The notes beneath the pieces were generated by a model that saw only the letters and a program-made list of their open reading frames with translations, did no database searches and was not told the origin of the DNA. Source: an uncultured Flavobacteriales bacterium (GTDB taxonomy: Bacteria; Bacteroidota; Bacteroidia; Flavobacteriales; JBLHRE01). Taken from it: a DNA stretch of 64,000 nt. The position numbers and the translations under genes are program-made. The stretch covers positions 21,776 to 85,775 of the forward strand of contig CAKZPI010000019.1 of NCBI GenBank assembly GCA_937139155.1, read 5' to 3'. Below, one piece after another: positions 63,381 through 64,000 of this stretch (its first letter is position 1; every line of letters begins with the position of its first letter).

Positions 63381-64000
63381 ATGGAATCAATTCGTAACAT
63401 CGCCATCATCGCACACGTTGACCACGGAAAAACTACCCTGGTTGATAAGATTATTCACGCCTGCGAGGCGATGGACAGCCGGAAGGAAACCGGAGAGCTC
63501 ATCCTTGATAATAACGACCTTGAACGGGAAAGAGGGATTACCATCCTTTCTAAGAATGTTTCTGTTCATTATAAAGATGTTAAAATCAACATCATTGATA
63601 CCCCTGGTCACGCCGATTTTGGCGGTGAGGTAGAAAGGGTTCTTAAAATGGCCGACGGAGTTCTACTTTTGGTAGACGCATTCGAAGGTCCCATGCCCCA
63701 AACCCGATTTGTTTTAGGAAAGGCCATTGAGCTAGGACTAAAACCTATTGTGGTTGTAAATAAAGTAGACAAAGAAAACTGCCGACCTGAAGAGGTTCAG
63801 TCTCAGGTGTTTGACCTTATGTTTGCCTTGGATGCAAGCGATGATCAACTTGAATTTGATACGCTATTTGGTTCTTCGAAGCATGGCTGGATGAGTACCG
63901 ATTGGAATCAACCAACCGATAACATTCTTCCTCTTCTAGATTCTATATTAGAAAACATTCCTGAAGCTCCTTTTCGGGAAGGTCCTACCCAAATGCAAAT
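63381..64000 (+). CDS. typA: Translational GTPase TypA/BipA (5' part, runs off window)
   Basis: This frame is open from ATG 63381 to the window end and is absent from the track because it has no stop. It reads MESIRNIAIIAHVDHGKTTLVDK, DNNDLERERGITI, DTPGHADFGGEVER and VVVNKVD. Confidence 0.95.
   Translation, partial: MESIRNIAIIAHVDHGKTTLVDKIIHACEAMDSRKETGELILDNNDLERERGITILSKNVSVHYKDVKINIIDTPGHADFGGEVERVLKMADGVLLLVDAFEGPMPQTRFVLGKAIELGLKPIVVVNKVDKENCRPEEVQSQVFDLMFALDASDDQLEFDTLFGSSKHGWMSTDWNQPTDNILPLLDSILENIPEAPFREGPTQMQ

Noticed and set aside
1-64000. A whole-window look for CRISPR repeats, tRNA/rRNA genes, transposases, integrases, phage genes, toxin-antitoxin pairs and known defence-system signatures.
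   Set aside because: None was found. Every spacer over 100 bp was read on both strands, and the only structured RNA recognised was the cobalamin riboswitch.

Overview
This 64-kb window reads as core chromosome of a Bacteroidota bacterium, probably Flavobacteriia-like. Supporting signs are two proteins with type IX secretion (T9SS) C-terminal sorting domains, the rpmB / rpmG / DUF4295 / ftsY neighbourhood, bshC, ftsK-lolA, TAnnTTTG-type -7 promoter boxes and almost no Shine-Dalgarno sequences. I call 53 protein-coding genes (coding density roughly 90+ percent by inspection), one cobalamin riboswitch, ten intrinsic terminators and nine promoter candidates. Most of the content is housekeeping: purA, relA/spoT, fur, fahA, glyA, recR, cinA, rpmB, rpmG, ftsY, rimO, bshC, guaA, pyrD, rlmD, ftsK, rplS, trmD, typA. 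I saw no rRNA, tRNA, CRISPR array, transposase, integrase or phage gene. I did not find a convincing self-contained novel multi-gene system, and nothing here looks like a defence island or mobile island. The items most worth a second look are: (1) a translationally coupled split HdrD/DsrMK-like membrane Fe-S module with an embedded HAD-like gene and an unknown fourth gene (2247-5259); (2) a 2037-aa T9SS cargo protein built from seven alternating lectin/MAM-like and CARDB-like modules (13681-19794); (3) a hybrid histidine kinase whose N-terminal CheB-like domain has Glu in place of the catalytic His (58795-61692); (4) a cobalamin riboswitch controlling only a TonB-dependent receptor and a beta-propeller lipoprotein (43870-46926); (5) interruption of the rpmB-rpmG ribosomal protein cluster by two terminator-insulated genes (31766-34514); (6) a GT2 glycosyltransferase fused to a phosphoglycosyl-transferase scaffold that appears to lack its catalytic core (24019-25941). 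All protein calls rest on motif recognition by eye, not on database searches. Start codons were refined manually where the ORF track over-extended.
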